Positions 1 to 12,949 of a stretch of DNA of 64,000 bases are shown one piece after another (position 1 is the stretch's first letter; the number at the start of each line of letters is the position of its first letter). Origin of the DNA: Pseudovirgaria hyperparasitica. Its lineage: Eukaryota. The translations under genes were made by a program, and so were the position numbers. The DNA is taken from NCBI GenBank assembly GCA_010093815.1, contig ML996566.1. One strand, written 5' to 3'. The notes below the pieces were generated by a model. The model was given only the letters and a program-made list of their open reading frames with translations, was not told where the DNA came from and ran no database searches.

Positions 1-1398
1 ACACTGTCGTTGCTGCGGACTCGGCTACTCGATTTGTTGCCAACTTTTTACACGACACTCGCTTGATAGGCGTTTGCGGTGAGACCGAGTTGACCAATGC
101 CAAGTCTTCCATGGTCACTATGATTCAGGTTTACGAATACTTCATTTCCCACAATCTGACGAAAGCATTTGAGAGTTTGTTCGGTTCAGTCACCTGTCTA
201 CCAGGTTGCTTCACCATGTATCGCATCCGTGCGGCCGAAACAGGCAAGCCTCTCTTCGTCAGCAAAGAAGTCGTTGACGCCTATGCTGAGATTCGTGTGG
301 ATACTTTGCATATGAAAAATCTGTTGCACTTGGGCGAGGATCGGTATCTCACGACCTTACTCCTCAAATTTCATCCAAAATATAAAACCAAGTACAACAG
401 CCGCGCCCACGCTTGGACCATTGCACCGGACAGCTGGAAGGTATTCATGTCTCAACGTCGTCGTTGGATCAACTCTACCGTTCACAATCTAATGGAACTC
501 ATTCCCATGCAACAGCTGTGTGGTTTCTGTTGTTTCTCTATGCGGTTCATCGTCTTCCTGGATCTGGTCTCGACAATCATTCAGCCTGTTATTGTTGCCT
601 ACCTTGTCTATCTAATCGTCCTAGTAGCAAGAGGTGGTACATCGGTAGTTCCCATCACATCCCTGCTTCTCTTAGGTGCGATCTATGGTTTGCAAGCAGT
701 CATCTTTATTTTGCGCAGGAAGTGGGAAATGATTGGATGGATGATCATCTACATCCTAGCCACCCCGGTCTTCGCGTGTGCGCTTCCTCTATACTCATTC
801 TGGCATATGGACGACTTCTCCTGGGGCAACACTCGTATCGTCACCGGAGAGAAGGGTCAGAAGATCGTTGTGTCAGACGAAGGCAAGTTCGACCCTGCGA
901 GTATTCCACATAAGAAATGGGAAGAATACCAGGCCGAGCTCTGGGACGCGCAAACGTCCCGTGACGACCGCTCCGAGATCTCAGGTGTGTCGTACGGCAC
1001 TAAGCATTACGCCGCCTCTGAGCACGGTGGCTTCTATTCGCCGAATAGACCAATGTCCACAATGGATATGCCACCAATGCCACGTCAAGTCAGCCGACTC
1101 AGCCTCGCCCCTAGTGGCTTTGGTGGCTACCAGGAGTCAAACATGGATCTATCTGAACTAGCGGGTAATCTACCTAGCGATGATGCCATCCTCGCTGAAA
1201 TTCGAGATATTCTGCGGACAGCTGATCTGATGAACGTCACTAAGAAGAGCATCAAGCAAGAGTTGGAGAGAAGGTAAGCATGACAAGCCCTCCTATGACT
1301 TCAGAATCTAACTCATATTCAGATTTGGTGTCGACATGAATGCTAAGCGCGCATACATTGGTAGCGCGACCGAAGCAGTGCTATCTGGCCAGCTATGA
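1..1398 (+). CDS. Chitin synthase, class V/VII type, 3' part (5' end outside window)
   Basis: Motifs [22 protein letters not shown] helices, [12 protein letters not shown] and a DEK-C-like tail ([33 protein letters not shown]). Intron 1274-1322 (GTAAGC..CTAAC..CAG) joins the last exon [25 protein letters not shown] ending at 1398. Confidence 0.95.
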
Positions 1399-1709
1399 GA
1401 TCCTATCTAATGTACGCTTTCGAATATCATTGGAAATATTGTAGTGAGCAAATATATGATCATTCTCTTTGTACGTTCACGACTTGATTAGAAATGAAAG
1501 AGGCCCGAATCATTACCTCTTTCTTTGTTATCAATTCTTGATTTCTCTCACTAGCGTTACGATATAAGATCGGTGTGAGATATTCCCTGGCGCGCGATTT
1601 TTTCAGAGCATGTAATATAGGGGCCGCGTGTATGTAACGTATGCATACACTGCCGCAGCTGGGATCACTAGCGTATAATATGCAATATATGATTGTTTGG
1701 AGGAGTCTT

Positions 1710-3819
1710 TCATCGTCTCATTCCCCTCGAGGACCGGTCGTCCCTTCGATCACCCCTGTCCCTCGTACTCCCTCTATCTCTATCTCTATCCTTATCTCTC
1801 TCCCGCTCGCGATCTCGCTCTCGTTCTCGCTCACGCTCACGATCTCGCTCTCCGTCCCGATCGCTACTGCTCACTGGCACCTCAACAACATACTCTTCCT
1901 CTTCGACGCGGAAATACCGCTCTACCATCTCCCTTTCGTCGCGCGCCCGAACCGGGCCTAGCATGAACCGCACCGTCCCACTCGTCCCCCGGACGCCTGT
2001 GCTATTAGGCACCACACCCTGTGCTGGACTCGCAGTCGTAGTCGTGCCAGGCGTCGCCGGGCTGGCGGGCGCTGTAGTGCCGTTGTTGAAGTGTTTTGTG
2101 CCGTTGGAAACTGCTTTGGGGCCTGTTGGAGGCGAGCGTTTAGTGGATTTGGGATCTGGGTGATCGTGGTGCGGGGTGTATCGTGGGAGGGATTTCGTGG
2201 TGGATTCCTGGTTGAGCGTGATGCGGATGCTTATGAAAGTCTCGACCGGGTGGGAGGGCCCGATGACGGTGGCGCCGCGGTGGTGCGTGTACAGATCGAG
2301 CAGGTCGAGCATTGTTTCTACGTTTGTTATTAGTATGATCTCCTACATAGCTCTCTCACATGGGAGGCAAAAATTGAGCATGTGACTTACCCATGACTTC
2401 TGCCCGCGTCGTTTGCCATCGACTATAATCGATCCCTCGCTCGTCACTTACGGCTTCGATATCCGCGTTGCACAGCCTTACGGCGAGTTCGACACATGCA
2501 ATAGCCATGGTCGATGTCGTTTGCTTCAGCGGCGCAAAGGTGCGGTACAAGTCGGCGCAGATGTTGTAAGCGTGTGTACCGACGGGCGCTTTGGGCAGGC
2601 CGCATATACGTACGAGCTTGATGACGATGCGTTGCGGGTGGCGGTTACGGAAGTCGAAGCTGGCGCCTTCGAGCATGAGACGTTCGAGGCCGATGATGGC
2701 CTTGGAGTGGTGCTCGAACATCTGCCTTGGGGATTAGTGGGTGAAAGAACGCGTGACGAAGAGAGACGTACAGGGTCATCAGGGCTGAGTTGGTCAGTCG
2801 TGGTGCCAGTTATCTTGAGATTGAATGCCGCACAGAGGATTTCTCTGGACTTTTTGAGCGTGTCCTCGATTTTGCATGCTGTGAAAAGTGCTGCGGCGGC
2901 GGCGTCCTGGATCTGGTCAGCATACCTCACGCGACACATGGTGAGGACTTACTAAGTAGTTAAAGTCCCTGTCCGCATGCTGCAGTCTAAATTTGTGGTA
3001 ATAGACCACCGCGGTGTTGAATGCACGTATAGGTCTAAGCCAATATCAGCATTCATCCATAGCATCCAAGCACGAGACCTACAAAGATAATGCTCTCCGC
3101 ACATCATCTATCCACCTCACGCCCTGCAACCGGACCGTCACTTCAGTCGACTCTGCCTTTCCCAATAGGCTCATACATTGCTGCAGCCTTTGCTCAAAGA
3201 TATATGGCTTCGCGACCTCGATGAATGATGGATGTGGTCCCACAGGCGGCCCATCGCCATTCTCTGCCGCTGTCAGCGTCGCGGGAGCCATCCCAATATC
3301 TCCCAACGTCCACGAAAATCGCTCTCTTCTCAGTCGAACAGGTAATGGACTCGTTTCTATGATATTAACGGGTTCGTCGTGCTGGAGTCGTAGGTTAGGT
3401 CCAAGCGGAATGTTGTTAGGATTGATCTTGACTTCTTTCGGCTGCTGACCGTTGCCAAGACTGGCGGGCGCGTTCAAGGTAGTGTCTAACGACATGGAAT
3501 CCCTAACGTTACGGTCGACATCTTTTTTTACTTCTGTAGCTGCTACGCCACGGCGCTCTCGAGCAGCACGTCGAGATGCTCCTGTCCGAACTCGCTTTAA
3601 CCTTTTCTTTCTGGCACGTTGGGACTCTGTGCTATATTGAGTAGGCAGTGGCTGACGCAAGGACGGCGCGTTGGCGTCGTATGGCGGACGTAGTCTTCCG
3701 TCGCGCTCCTGGACGCGTTGAGTTCGTCTTCGAGAATGGTCTTGAGCTCGAGATGGAGATCTGCCAGGCAGCTTTCTTTTGCTGGCAGGTGATGATGTAT
3801 CTTCGTGATGGTGGGCCAT
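1710..3819 (-). CDS. CTK2: Cyclin, CTDK-I beta subunit (Ctk2 / cyclin K-like), multi-exon
   Basis: GPHPSFIEVAKPYIFEQ, RLQGVRWIDDVRRAL, FNTAVVYYHKFRL, AAALFTACKIEDTLKKSREILCAA, LERLMLEGASFDFR and LDLLDLYTHH are spread over the minus-strand exons. RD/RE-rich tail. Start ATG 3819 is uncertain; a downstream ATG (MAPATL) is possible. Confidence 0.85.
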
Positions 3820-4313
3820 CTTGCTGTACTCCGTCTGACCAGACAAAGCTTGAGGAGCTTGCCTAATATTATATGCTGTAGTGCACCGGGAGATAGAAGT
3901 TTGAGTGGTCTGTCTAGGCAAATATGCTTAAGGTGCTATTCTCGGGCAGTAGAGCTCGCTGAATCTGGTAGGCAGGACAGAGTCGGGCTTTTTAGTGAGG
4001 CGAAGTGAATAAGAGCACATAGGCTGACGCTGAGCTAGGGATACTGAAAAAGGGTGATCGTTTACCGCACAGCTTTCGAAAAAAAAAATCGAAAAAAAAA
4101 ACTGAGGAACGAGGTCGCAGTAGAGTCTAACTTGTAAGCTCCCAATGCTCCAAACAGTCAAGGTCTGGTGGCCAACCACGTGAGTGCAACACTGAAGAAT
4201 GTGAACGACCATGCACTGTTACCCAACCTAGAAATGCGAGGTGTGCTCTATCAAATATCTCAAGATCTTACACTGGTCGCCACCGATTATGCTATGCCAA
4301 CCTCTGGCTATTA

Positions 4314-5237
4314 TCAAGATGACCACTTTACCAATCCAAAAATCAAGTTCACCACAATCCCCGATAGTATCACCATCTTCCTCCTCGCAGTCCACACTCC
4401 TTCCTCTCGCAGGCCCCATACGAGTGCCCCAATGGGCCAGAAGAAACCAATCAAGTTCCCCCAAACAATATCATCCAAGGCACCATCTTCTGTCCTGAAT
4501 GTGAACCCCCATCCCGCACCTCCCTCGTCGCCAGTCGCTATTGCAGACGGCTCGCCCTGTGCAGACTGATCAAACCACTGATCTTCCAGTAGCCGCAGAG
4601 CTTGACCCTGGGGCATGGTATCTGGTGTATGCGTGAAAGCTAAGTTCTCCATGAACTGCGAGCGCAACTCGGCGACTTCAGATGTTGTGAATCCAGCAGT
4701 TAGTAGCCTGTCGAAGCCAGATGGTACATTAGATGTACTTGGAATCGCGACTTCTGCACTGCTTTTTCGCCTAACAGCTGCATCACCGGATGCGCTCGCC
4801 ACTATCTTATTTGCGTTTTCCGTCACAAGAGATGTCTCGAGATTTGCAGCCAGCGTTGCCTCAGATTGTAGTTCTTTCTCCGTGAGCGCATCGCCAATTG
4901 AGCAGTGTATGTACATGCGTTGCATCCATGCGTCAGATGTTGCAGGCGCTTTGCCCTTCCCTTTGGTGTCTTTGCTCTTCAAATCGACGTCTCGCGGTGG
5001 CGGGGGAAGCCACTTCAGTGACTTTGATAACGGCGTTGCATCTTGTAGAGCTTTTCCGGCGTGGATGAGGCGCAAGCGATTGGAGGCTAGATCATCGGGG
5101 AGATGCTCGCGGATGAGTCGTTTGAGCGACAGGGTTGTACTGGTCAATGGAGAAGAGATGGAGAGCGGGAGGTCGGGAATGGAGGCGCTGAAGCGTATCA
5201 CGAGGTAGAGCAGCTCATCCGGCAGCGTTTCAGACAT
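4314..5237 (-). CDS. DSC3: DSC E3 ubiquitin ligase complex subunit 3 (DUF2407; ubiquitin-like N-terminus, C-terminal TM)
   Basis: IRFSASIPDLPL, RLRLIHAGK, YIHCSIGD, GFDRLLTAGFT..EVAELRSQF, GNLIGFFWP and C-terminal TM helices; single exon. Confidence 0.9.
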   Translation of the reverse strand: MSETLPDELLYLVIRFSASIPDLPLSISSPLTSTTLSLKRLIREHLPDDLASNRLRLIHAGKALQDATPLSKSLKWLPPPPRDVDLKSKDTKGKGKAPATSDAWMQRMYIHCSIGDALTEKELQSEATLAANLETSLVTENANKIVASASGDAAVRRKSSAEVAIPSTSNVPSGFDRLLTAGFTTSEVAELRSQFMENLAFTHTPDTMPQGQALRLLEDQWFDQSAQGEPSAIATGDEGGAGWGFTFRTEDGALDDIVWGNLIGFFWPIGALVWGLREEGVWTARRKMVILSGIVVNLIFGLVKWSS

Positions 5238-5554
5238 GGTGAAGGGTTGAGATTCGCTTGCAAAAGGCGTTTTCGTCCTGTGAACATAATTATGGGAGAG
5301 TACTTCGGCAGATGGTTGTTGTCTACGCGTGACGTACGTGTCTCAGGAACCAAGACGGACTTACCCTCGGACTTACAAGGTTGTCAATCATTGGCAGGCA
5401 CGGTCAAAAGTGGGATGCGGATCACTGTACTCCAATGCGTGTCCAACACTCAAAATAGAATCCCTGGGCCAATTCATTTGTTACGACAGTTACTACAACC
5501 TTACCGCCTTCTCGTGATACTTGTGTCGTAGATTCTGTTCTACAGCCTGTCAAA

Positions 5555-5989
5555 ATGACTGTCACCCACATCGTCCTGTTTGCGTTCAAGAAGGATGCGC
5601 AGCCTTCAGATGTCAAAGATGTACGTCTCCCTGGTTTTATATTAAGCTTTTCCTAACAAATGTGGTTAGGCTTGCGTGCAGATGCTAGCCCTCAAGGACA
5701 ATTGCCTCCATCCCACGTCCGGGAAGCCTTATATAGTGTCCTCCCAGGGAGGACTCAACAACAGTCCAGAGGGCATGTCTGTGCGTTTGACTTGACAAAC
5801 TCTCTCTCACTTCGGCTACTGATATGAATACAGGACGGTCACGAGCACGGCTTCGTAGTAGAATTCGCCTCTGTGGAGGACCGCGATTACTACGTCCACA
5901 AGGATCCATCTCACACAAAGTTCAAGGATATGGTCATTCCTCTTGTTACTGGGGTCAAAGTCGTCGACTTTGAGGCCGGTGTATTCTGA
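5555..5989 (+). CDS. Stress-responsive A/B barrel (Dabb) protein, 3 exons, absent from the ORF track
   Basis: Spliced translation MTVTHIVLFAFKKDAQPSDVKD|ACVQMLALKDNCLHPTSGKPYIVSSQGGLNNSPEGMS|DGHEHGFVVEFASVEDRDYYVHKDPSHTKFKDMVIPLVTGVKVVDFEAGVF*. Introns are GTACGT..CTAAC..TAG and GTGCGT..CTGAT..CAG. Confidence 0.92.
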
Positions 5990-6116
5990 ACAGATGTGAA
6001 TGAATAACGAGGTTTATATTAGCCTCCTGGGAGAGGGGCGGGCCGCTAAAACTCCACTCGAATGCTACCCAACCATGCGATGATATGATTTCTACTGTGA
6101 GCGCCTGTGTACTGTT

Positions 6117-6897
6117 TCATTTGACGCTGAAAGATTCCCCGCATCCGCATTGCTCGGCTGTAGATGGTTAGCAATGATACAGAGTAAAATGCCGCATAGC
6201 GCTTACTTATGTTCGGATTCTTGAACACGAAACGAGCACTCAGCTTGTCTTCCAGCCAATCCATCTCGCTCCCAATGATATTCAGCAATGCTCTATTATC
6301 TACAAGCACCTTCACGCCGTCCTGCTCCACTTGCTCGTCGAGTTTGCTCGGCTTGTCTACATATTCGAGATGGTACGCCAGGCCTGAGCAGCCTTTGTTC
6401 TTCGTTCCTATTCTGATCAACTTGGGTTCTGGTTGTTCAAGCAGTTGCCTCAGATGATCTACAGCGGTAGGCGACAGTTTCATGATCGCCTTCCGTTTCG
6501 CAAAGTTGAATCTTCTTGGCTTGGCGAGCGTTTGCTGTGTTGACGGTGAGATGGTAGAGCTGATAGCCGTCTCCGGGCCCTTAAGAGTCTCTTGTGCAGT
6601 CTTCTTTTGGTCATCTGACATCTTCTGTGCGGTGTGGCTCTTCCATCGACTCGTGCTCTGCTGTTGTGTTATAGAAGACGGTGGTGCGGGCTCGTTTCGA
6701 GGTGGCGGTGGTGGGGGTTCTAGAGTCGATGGTTGGTATGCAGTTGCGGTTTGCATCTCGCGCCGTGAAGAGGCTCTGAAGGGTTTGTAGGAAGAGAACA
6801 TGCGTAGACACTGTGGGCATCTTCGCTGTGATCGAGGGACTTGTGCGGCGAATCTCAGCGATGCGCTCATGACTGAAGAGAGTTGTGCGGTCGACAT
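6117..6897 (-). CDS. ISA1: Mitochondrial iron-sulfur cluster assembly protein (IscA/HesB family)
   Basis: KGCSGLAYHLEYV, DGVKVLVD, GSEMDW..DKLSARFVFKNPN, then an intron and the final exon EQCGCGESFSVK*. The N-terminus is Arg/Ser-rich like a presequence. Confidence 0.93.
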
Positions 6898-7125
6898 GGT
6901 CACTGGAGAGGTTGAAGGTCGAAATAGATTAGAAAGACATGCAAATTGTCCAGACTCCGTATATATGTGCGACGAGGGTGACTGTGGGAGGTATGTTTCA
7001 GTGAAAGGATGTTGTGAGAGATGCTTGCTGGGCATTTATGAGTTCGTCATAAGGCCAATGTCAGGGCTCAGGCTTGTTATTTGCCGATGCCGAATCACGT
7101 AAGCCACACTAGTGTCATCTCTGAG

Positions 7126-7147
7126 CCAATGAAAGCTCGTGTATTAC
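7126..7147 (+). promoter_or_regulatory. Candidate CBC:HapX bipartite site upstream of ISA1
   Basis: CCAAT-gaaagctcgtgt-ATT(AC) matches CSAAT-N12-RWT exactly, about 230 bp upstream of the ISA1 ATG. Confidence 0.55.
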
Positions 7148-9416
7148 TAGTGAACCACTCCTTTGTTACTGCCTTGTTGCGGACACACATTTCGTGATGA
7201 ATGATGGAGTTGGTCACATTGTTCCCCTTAATTATGAAATACAACGTGCTTGTCAAGTGTGACAGGCCAACAAGATCTTGTCAAGCTCTGAATCAAGAAA
7301 GAACCAGACTCTGTTTTGCTCGTTTCTCTTGTCAACATGAAACACTGTTCCATACCTATATACTTCATATCATGAAAATCGTATCTCTCTGGTCTATCAG
7401 AAATGGAACCAGAGAGATGCACCGCAGTACACTCTCTAGACATTGCGCAAGTTGGATTCACGTATGTTGCAAATGCGGCAAAACACCTTATAAAAAAGGC
7501 GATGCATCAGCGTGCGCTGCAACTCTTCGATAACGTAACCAGTCCGCGGTTTTCAGGGCTAGAGCTAACCCGAGGCTCACGACAACTCAGCGTCATTCCC
7601 AGACAATGAAGTCTCTTCTATCATCAGAGCTAGCGGGCCTTGCCTTGAATTCACAAGGTACAAGCCATGATCAGGAGCGGACCGAGAGCACCGCAATAAG
7701 TGCCAAAATAAAGCCCAAGAATTCCAGCCCTAAGACATCATGGATCGTCGGTTTCACATCAAAAGAGGCTCTGGTCTTTGCCTCGAGCACGATAGAAGCC
7801 TGGAATCAACATTCAAAGCATACGAGTCTGCATCTCCTGCTAACCCGAAGGTGGCCACATACCTGCGTCTGTGCAATTCTCCACTTTGTGCAGGCCAGCA
7901 TACAGACAAAACAGGGCAATGTGTCGCTTGCACTTGGAAGTGGCGAGGTTTATGTGTTGTAGGAAAATGCTCGCTGGAAAGGTTTATAGAGCGTTTGTAT
8001 CCTACCGTATATGCACGCTCTGTTGTATATCACCACCACGACCTTTAACTTCACATAGTCGACTCACAAACAGTCATATTCGACAACATCTCTCGCGAAC
8101 CTTAGCATCCGAACGAAGAATTCAAGGATAAGCTCGTCAAGCACCGGAAACCACGATCGGAGACGAGACAGGGATAACGACGACAGCAGGCGACGAGACA
8201 ATGCCAACAGCAATCCACACAAGCCCATAGCCCGCAAAGGCAAAAGAAATGAACGAATTCGCCTCATTGTCCAGGAGTGCTCACCCAAGGACCTCTAGAC
8301 CTGCCATGTCCTTGATGTAAAACCAGTATTGAGGCCGTAGGGGATGCCGCTGAATGGCGAGAGACGTTTCTGCGCCATGTTGCCTCGACTGAGCATCATC
8401 TGGGCCAGCACGGATCCTGGAATACTGCATCAGAGTTCGGCCGTGAATTGGCGCGTCGTCTGTGGAGAGGGAAATTGATTAGTAATGCGGACTTGCAAAA
8501 TTTCGTAAAGGGGACGCCGATTGGATCGTATCTTTGTTAATGATAAGTAGACTGAGGTTCTACTTTGAACGTGAGGCACAGGGCTTTTCTTCTCCGGCGA
8601 GAAGCGAGAGGAGGTCGATGCTGGGTTTCTGCTTTTAGGACTTGACTTCCAGTAGTAGTTTAAGCTGAAATTTGGTTCCCGGAACGACGAAAGCTTGACC
8701 AGTCCAGGAGCCGGTTCTCGACGTGTATTCTGAAATCGCGATTCATGTATCCGTAACCGCTGAGCGTAGCATTCGAAATAAACTGAACCCATAATGCGGA
8801 AATTCAACTTAATCATAAATCCGAGTATAAAACTTTAGCATCACGTCCAAAGACTGTGTCTACCAGACATCTTATTCATAAGGAGACGCCCCTTATCGGA
8901 TAAATATCGTTTTCTCATGTCACCATCATAGCACGAAAGGGTAGAGGCGGACAGTATGAAAGTATAGAAATGTAAAAGTATTGCATTTTACACTATAGAA
9001 AGATGACTATTCGGTATTACCCAATAGAGGATCCTTGAGCGATAAATGCAACTCTACATAGCTTACTCTGCTCTGCTCTCCTCCATTACATTCCGTTGTG
9101 TTTTCTACCGCTAAGCTATCCGAAACATACACTAGACGGGTGGGTAGATGGAGTAGCTTCCTTTTTGAAAAAAAAAATACACTAAAATGTATATATGGCA
9201 GGTCAGAGTACAAGGCGTGTCTAATTCAAACGTGTGTTTAGAGAACGGTTTTAAGACGGGGTAATATCTAGGTAGGTAGGGAGAAGGAGATAGGGGGCAT
9301 GAGCGAGAGGCCACCTCAGACGTCTTCACAAAAAGGGGTGGACAGAGGCTGAAATCTAAATTTGCATACGAGAGATGATAGTACACCAACCCATCCATCA
9401 ATCACAACACCACTTC

Positions 9417-12400
9417 CTACCACTCCAGGCCCTTCGCGCCTCCCTCCTCGGCATCTAGAGCCCCGTTCGCATCCACCCTCCGCACTTCCCCTTTCCCATC
9501 GGACAAATGGCTCGCATCACGCCCTTTGCGACCCTTCAACTCCATAGCCCTGAGCTTCCTATCCAGCTTCTCAAACTGTCCGGGCGTCTCATCATGCTTG
9601 ACCACCCACCGACTCGTGCCCAGCACGGCGTCCAGCTCAGACACAGGCGGCAGCTTGACATAGACCCAGCCATCAGCACGCGCCTCGACAGGGAACGAGG
9701 CAATATTGACGTCTGGATCGTTGGCACACGCGCCAGCGTTTGCGCCGGCGAGCTCGTAGTTGCGCTTGTGGTATGGGCATGATACCCAGAGCTTGTTCTG
9801 CGACAGGTCTTCGCCGATGAGGCCGTCGGAGAGCACGAAGGCGCGCTTGTGCGGGCACATTTGCTGGGTGCAGTAGTACTTGCCGCGGACTTTGAAGAGG
9901 GCGAGTTGGGTGTCGCCGCGCTTGACGGCCTGGCTGTCGCCGGTGGGGACGTCCTTGAAGGTGCTTGCTTGCAGGATGGGTTGCCAGGAGAGGGTGGTCC
10001 ATTTCGTGCCTTTGAAGTCTTCTTTGACGGACGCCGTGGGCCAGTTTGCCGGGCGTGTCTGGCCGCGCTCGGTGATGGGCTCGATGGTGTCGATTTGGGT
10101 GTCGGATGTGTTTGCGAATTGGCTGAAGAGTTTGCGGCGCTCGGGAGATTTGATGACTTCGGTCCATTCGCAGAAGAATGTGCCGACGAGATCGGCCATT
10201 TGCTGCTCGAGGTCGGCGGCGATGCCGAGTTTGTCTTCGAGGATGACTTCGCGGAGGTATGCGATGCCACCGGGGAGGTTCTCGATCCAGCGGGCTGTTC
10301 GCTGGAGTTTGTCGGCAGTGCGGATGTAGAAGGAGAGGTAGCGGTCGAGGATTGGGACGACGTCGTCTGGCGGAACGTCTTTGGCGAGGAGCTCTGAGTG
10401 CCTTGGTTTGGCGCCGCCGTTGCCGCCGACAAAGATGTTGAAGCCCTTTTCCGTGGCAATCAGGCCGAAGTCTTTGTTTTGAGCTTCGGCACACTCGCGT
10501 ACGCAGCCAGAAACACCGCCTTTGAACTTGTGCGGTCCTCGAATGGACTTGTAGCGCTCCTCAAGGCGGACGGCCATGCCAACTGAGTCGCCAATTCCGA
10601 AACGGCACCATGTTGTGCCGACGCAGGACTTGACGGTTCGTAGAGATTTCGCATATGCGTGGCCGGATTCCAGGCCACCGTTGACGAGATCCGTCCAAAT
10701 GTCGATGAGATCTTGTTTCTTGGCACCGAACATGTCGATACGTTGGCCACCAGTGATTTTGCAGTACAGGCCAAATTTCTTCGCTACTGTACCGATGACA
10801 ATGAGCTTTTCGGGTGTGATCTCACCACCAGCGACACGCGGCACCACGGAGAATGTGCCATTGCGCTGTATATTTGCCAGGAAGCGGTCGTTGGTGTCTT
10901 GGAGACCCCTTTGTTGCGAGTCCAGAATGTGCCTATTATAGAGGGATGCGGTGATGGAGCCGATAGCTGGTTTACACACCTCACAGCCAAGGGACTCGGC
11001 CTCTTTACCTGCATTCTTCATCACTTCCTCAAATGTTTCCAGTTTTTTCACATAGATGATGTTGAAAAGATCTGCGCGAGAGAATTCGAAATGAGGGCAG
11101 AGATGATTCTTGATCTCTTGGCCCATGGATGCCATGGTTTTGTTGAAGATCGTCTGGATAAGGGGCATACAGCCGCCGCAGCCAGTACCTGCTTTTGTAC
11201 AAGACTTGACATCTCCAATACTCTTACATGTCCCGTCCTTGACAGATGTGACAAGACTGCCTTTCGTGACGTTGTGACAAGAGCAAATCTGCGTGTCGTC
11301 GTCAAGGTCATCACCGCCGTCGTCTTTCTGTGATCCGATGATAAATTCGCTTGGTGGTACCTCAAGTGGCTTCTGGTTCTTGACGAATGGGACGAGCTTG
11401 ACGTAGTCTTTTGTGTCTCCAATCATCATACCGCCCAAGAGATATTTGCCGTCCATTGTAAATAGATATTTCTTATATACCTGTGTAAACGGATCCTTGT
11501 ATGTCAGTGCTTTCACTGGCGCAGGTGCTGGACCGTCTGTCAAAGCCTTCACACGGCTTTTTGCATCTATCGTGCCATCTTTTTTTCCAGCGCCGCGTGC
11601 AGTGGGCAGCTGCTTTGGACCATCCCGGTCAGCAAAGAAGTCTCCAAAGCTAGCAACTTCGACACCAAGCAACTTAAGCTTGGTACTGAGATCTGGACGT
11701 TTGAATTTGCGATATGCATGGTCTTTGGCTTGAGTCAGATTGAACGCAAGGACATCGGCCATTTCGATTCCAGGCGCTATCAAACCGAATGTTTGGTTCT
11801 CCCAGCTGGCACACTCGCCAATAGCGTAGATGTCTTCAACAGACGTCGACAAGTCTTCCTTGACTATGATACCACCGCCACGGTCAGCGCATTTGATGCC
11901 TGCTTGTCGAGCAAGCTCGTCACGGGCTTTAATACCAATCTATGCGCTTCGTCAGAAGGTATGATATGTGTAGATGCTGGTATAGACTTACTGCAAAGCA
12001 TATACACGCGCAGTCCATCCTCTCACCATCTTCAAACACCACACCCTTGACGAAGTTCTCCTCATCCGTCTCAATTTCTCCCACGCGCTTGCTGAGCAGC
12101 ACGTCGACACCTAATTGTCGTACCTGCTCTACCACCATACCGCCGGCATCACCATCCAGCTGTCTAGATAGAAGCCAGCGGTTGCGCTCAATCAGCTTGA
12201 CTTTCTCAAAATCTTCTAGATCCATCATCGCCTTTGCGGCCTCTAGACCCAATAGACCGCCGCCAACAACGGCACCCGTTTTGCCCCTGCGTGTTGCAGA
12301 GAACTCAATTAGCTTCTGCAGATCGTCAATCGTGCGATAGACAAAGACCCCTTTGGCGTCATGGCCAGGCGTGTGTCGTGGTAGCAGGGCATCCGAACCA

Positions 12401-12949
12401 GTGGCGAGTACAAGGATGTCGTACGGTACTATGAGATCTTTGGATGTAGTTACAGTTTTGGCGGCGCTGTCTATTGATGTGACGAGCTGGGATGTGTGGT
12501 ATGTAAGAGAGCCCTCTGGCATGCTCGAGTACTACTTGGATCAGTCAAACAACATGTAGTTGGATCTAATAGAAAGTTTGGACGCACCCATTCTCTTGGA
12601 TTCAGATACAAGTTTTCGACCTCACGATGCTGGAAGAAGCTCGTGAGACCAACCCGATTGTAGGCTAGATGTGGTTCTTCGCCGATGACTGTCACGTCGT
12701 ATTCGCGGCGCTTGACATCCAATTTAAGAAGCTTTTCTCTGCACAATGATTAGCGTCTGAATATGGTTGATGATACTTTGTGTTGCATGCGCACATGAAT
12801 GATATACCGACCATGCCCAGGCCGACTATCACCACTCTCTTCCTATGCGTCCCGTTGACGCTTTCCGGAATCTCGTCATTCTTTTCAAGTTCTGCAACTT
12901 TTTCTGGCAGCTTGTTCGCCTCGGCGTCGTTCCACTCTGCGTTGCTCAT
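9417..12949 (-). CDS. niiA: Assimilatory NAD(P)H nitrite reductase (FAD, 2Fe-2S, siroheme/4Fe-4S, Rieske domains)
   Basis: [65 protein letters not shown], and Rieske CPHK...CPYH. Three introns near the 5' end. Confidence 0.97.

Noticed and set aside
6898..7035. N-terminal extension of the ISA1 ORF (similarly NRK1 42592-42720 and cyclin 3820-3921)
   Set aside because: Probably 5' UTR or promoter. The downstream ATGs give family-typical or more plausible N-termini.
7194..7295. Possible C/D box snoRNA (GTGATGA ... CTGA, about 98 nt)
   Set aside because: No convincing terminal stem or C'/D' boxes. Only about 8 nt (GTCAAGCT) of possible rRNA complementarity before the D box. It would need snoscan/Infernal support.
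7201..8816. Several 70-130 aa ORFs between ISA1 and niiA
   Set aside because: No motifs, no coding-like bias, and no consistent splice model.
9507..11733. Long antisense and alternate-frame ORFs over niiA (similar ones over the Pth11-like gene, the oxidoreductase and RXT3)
   Set aside because: Shadow ORFs caused by high GC3 and strand skew of the real genes.
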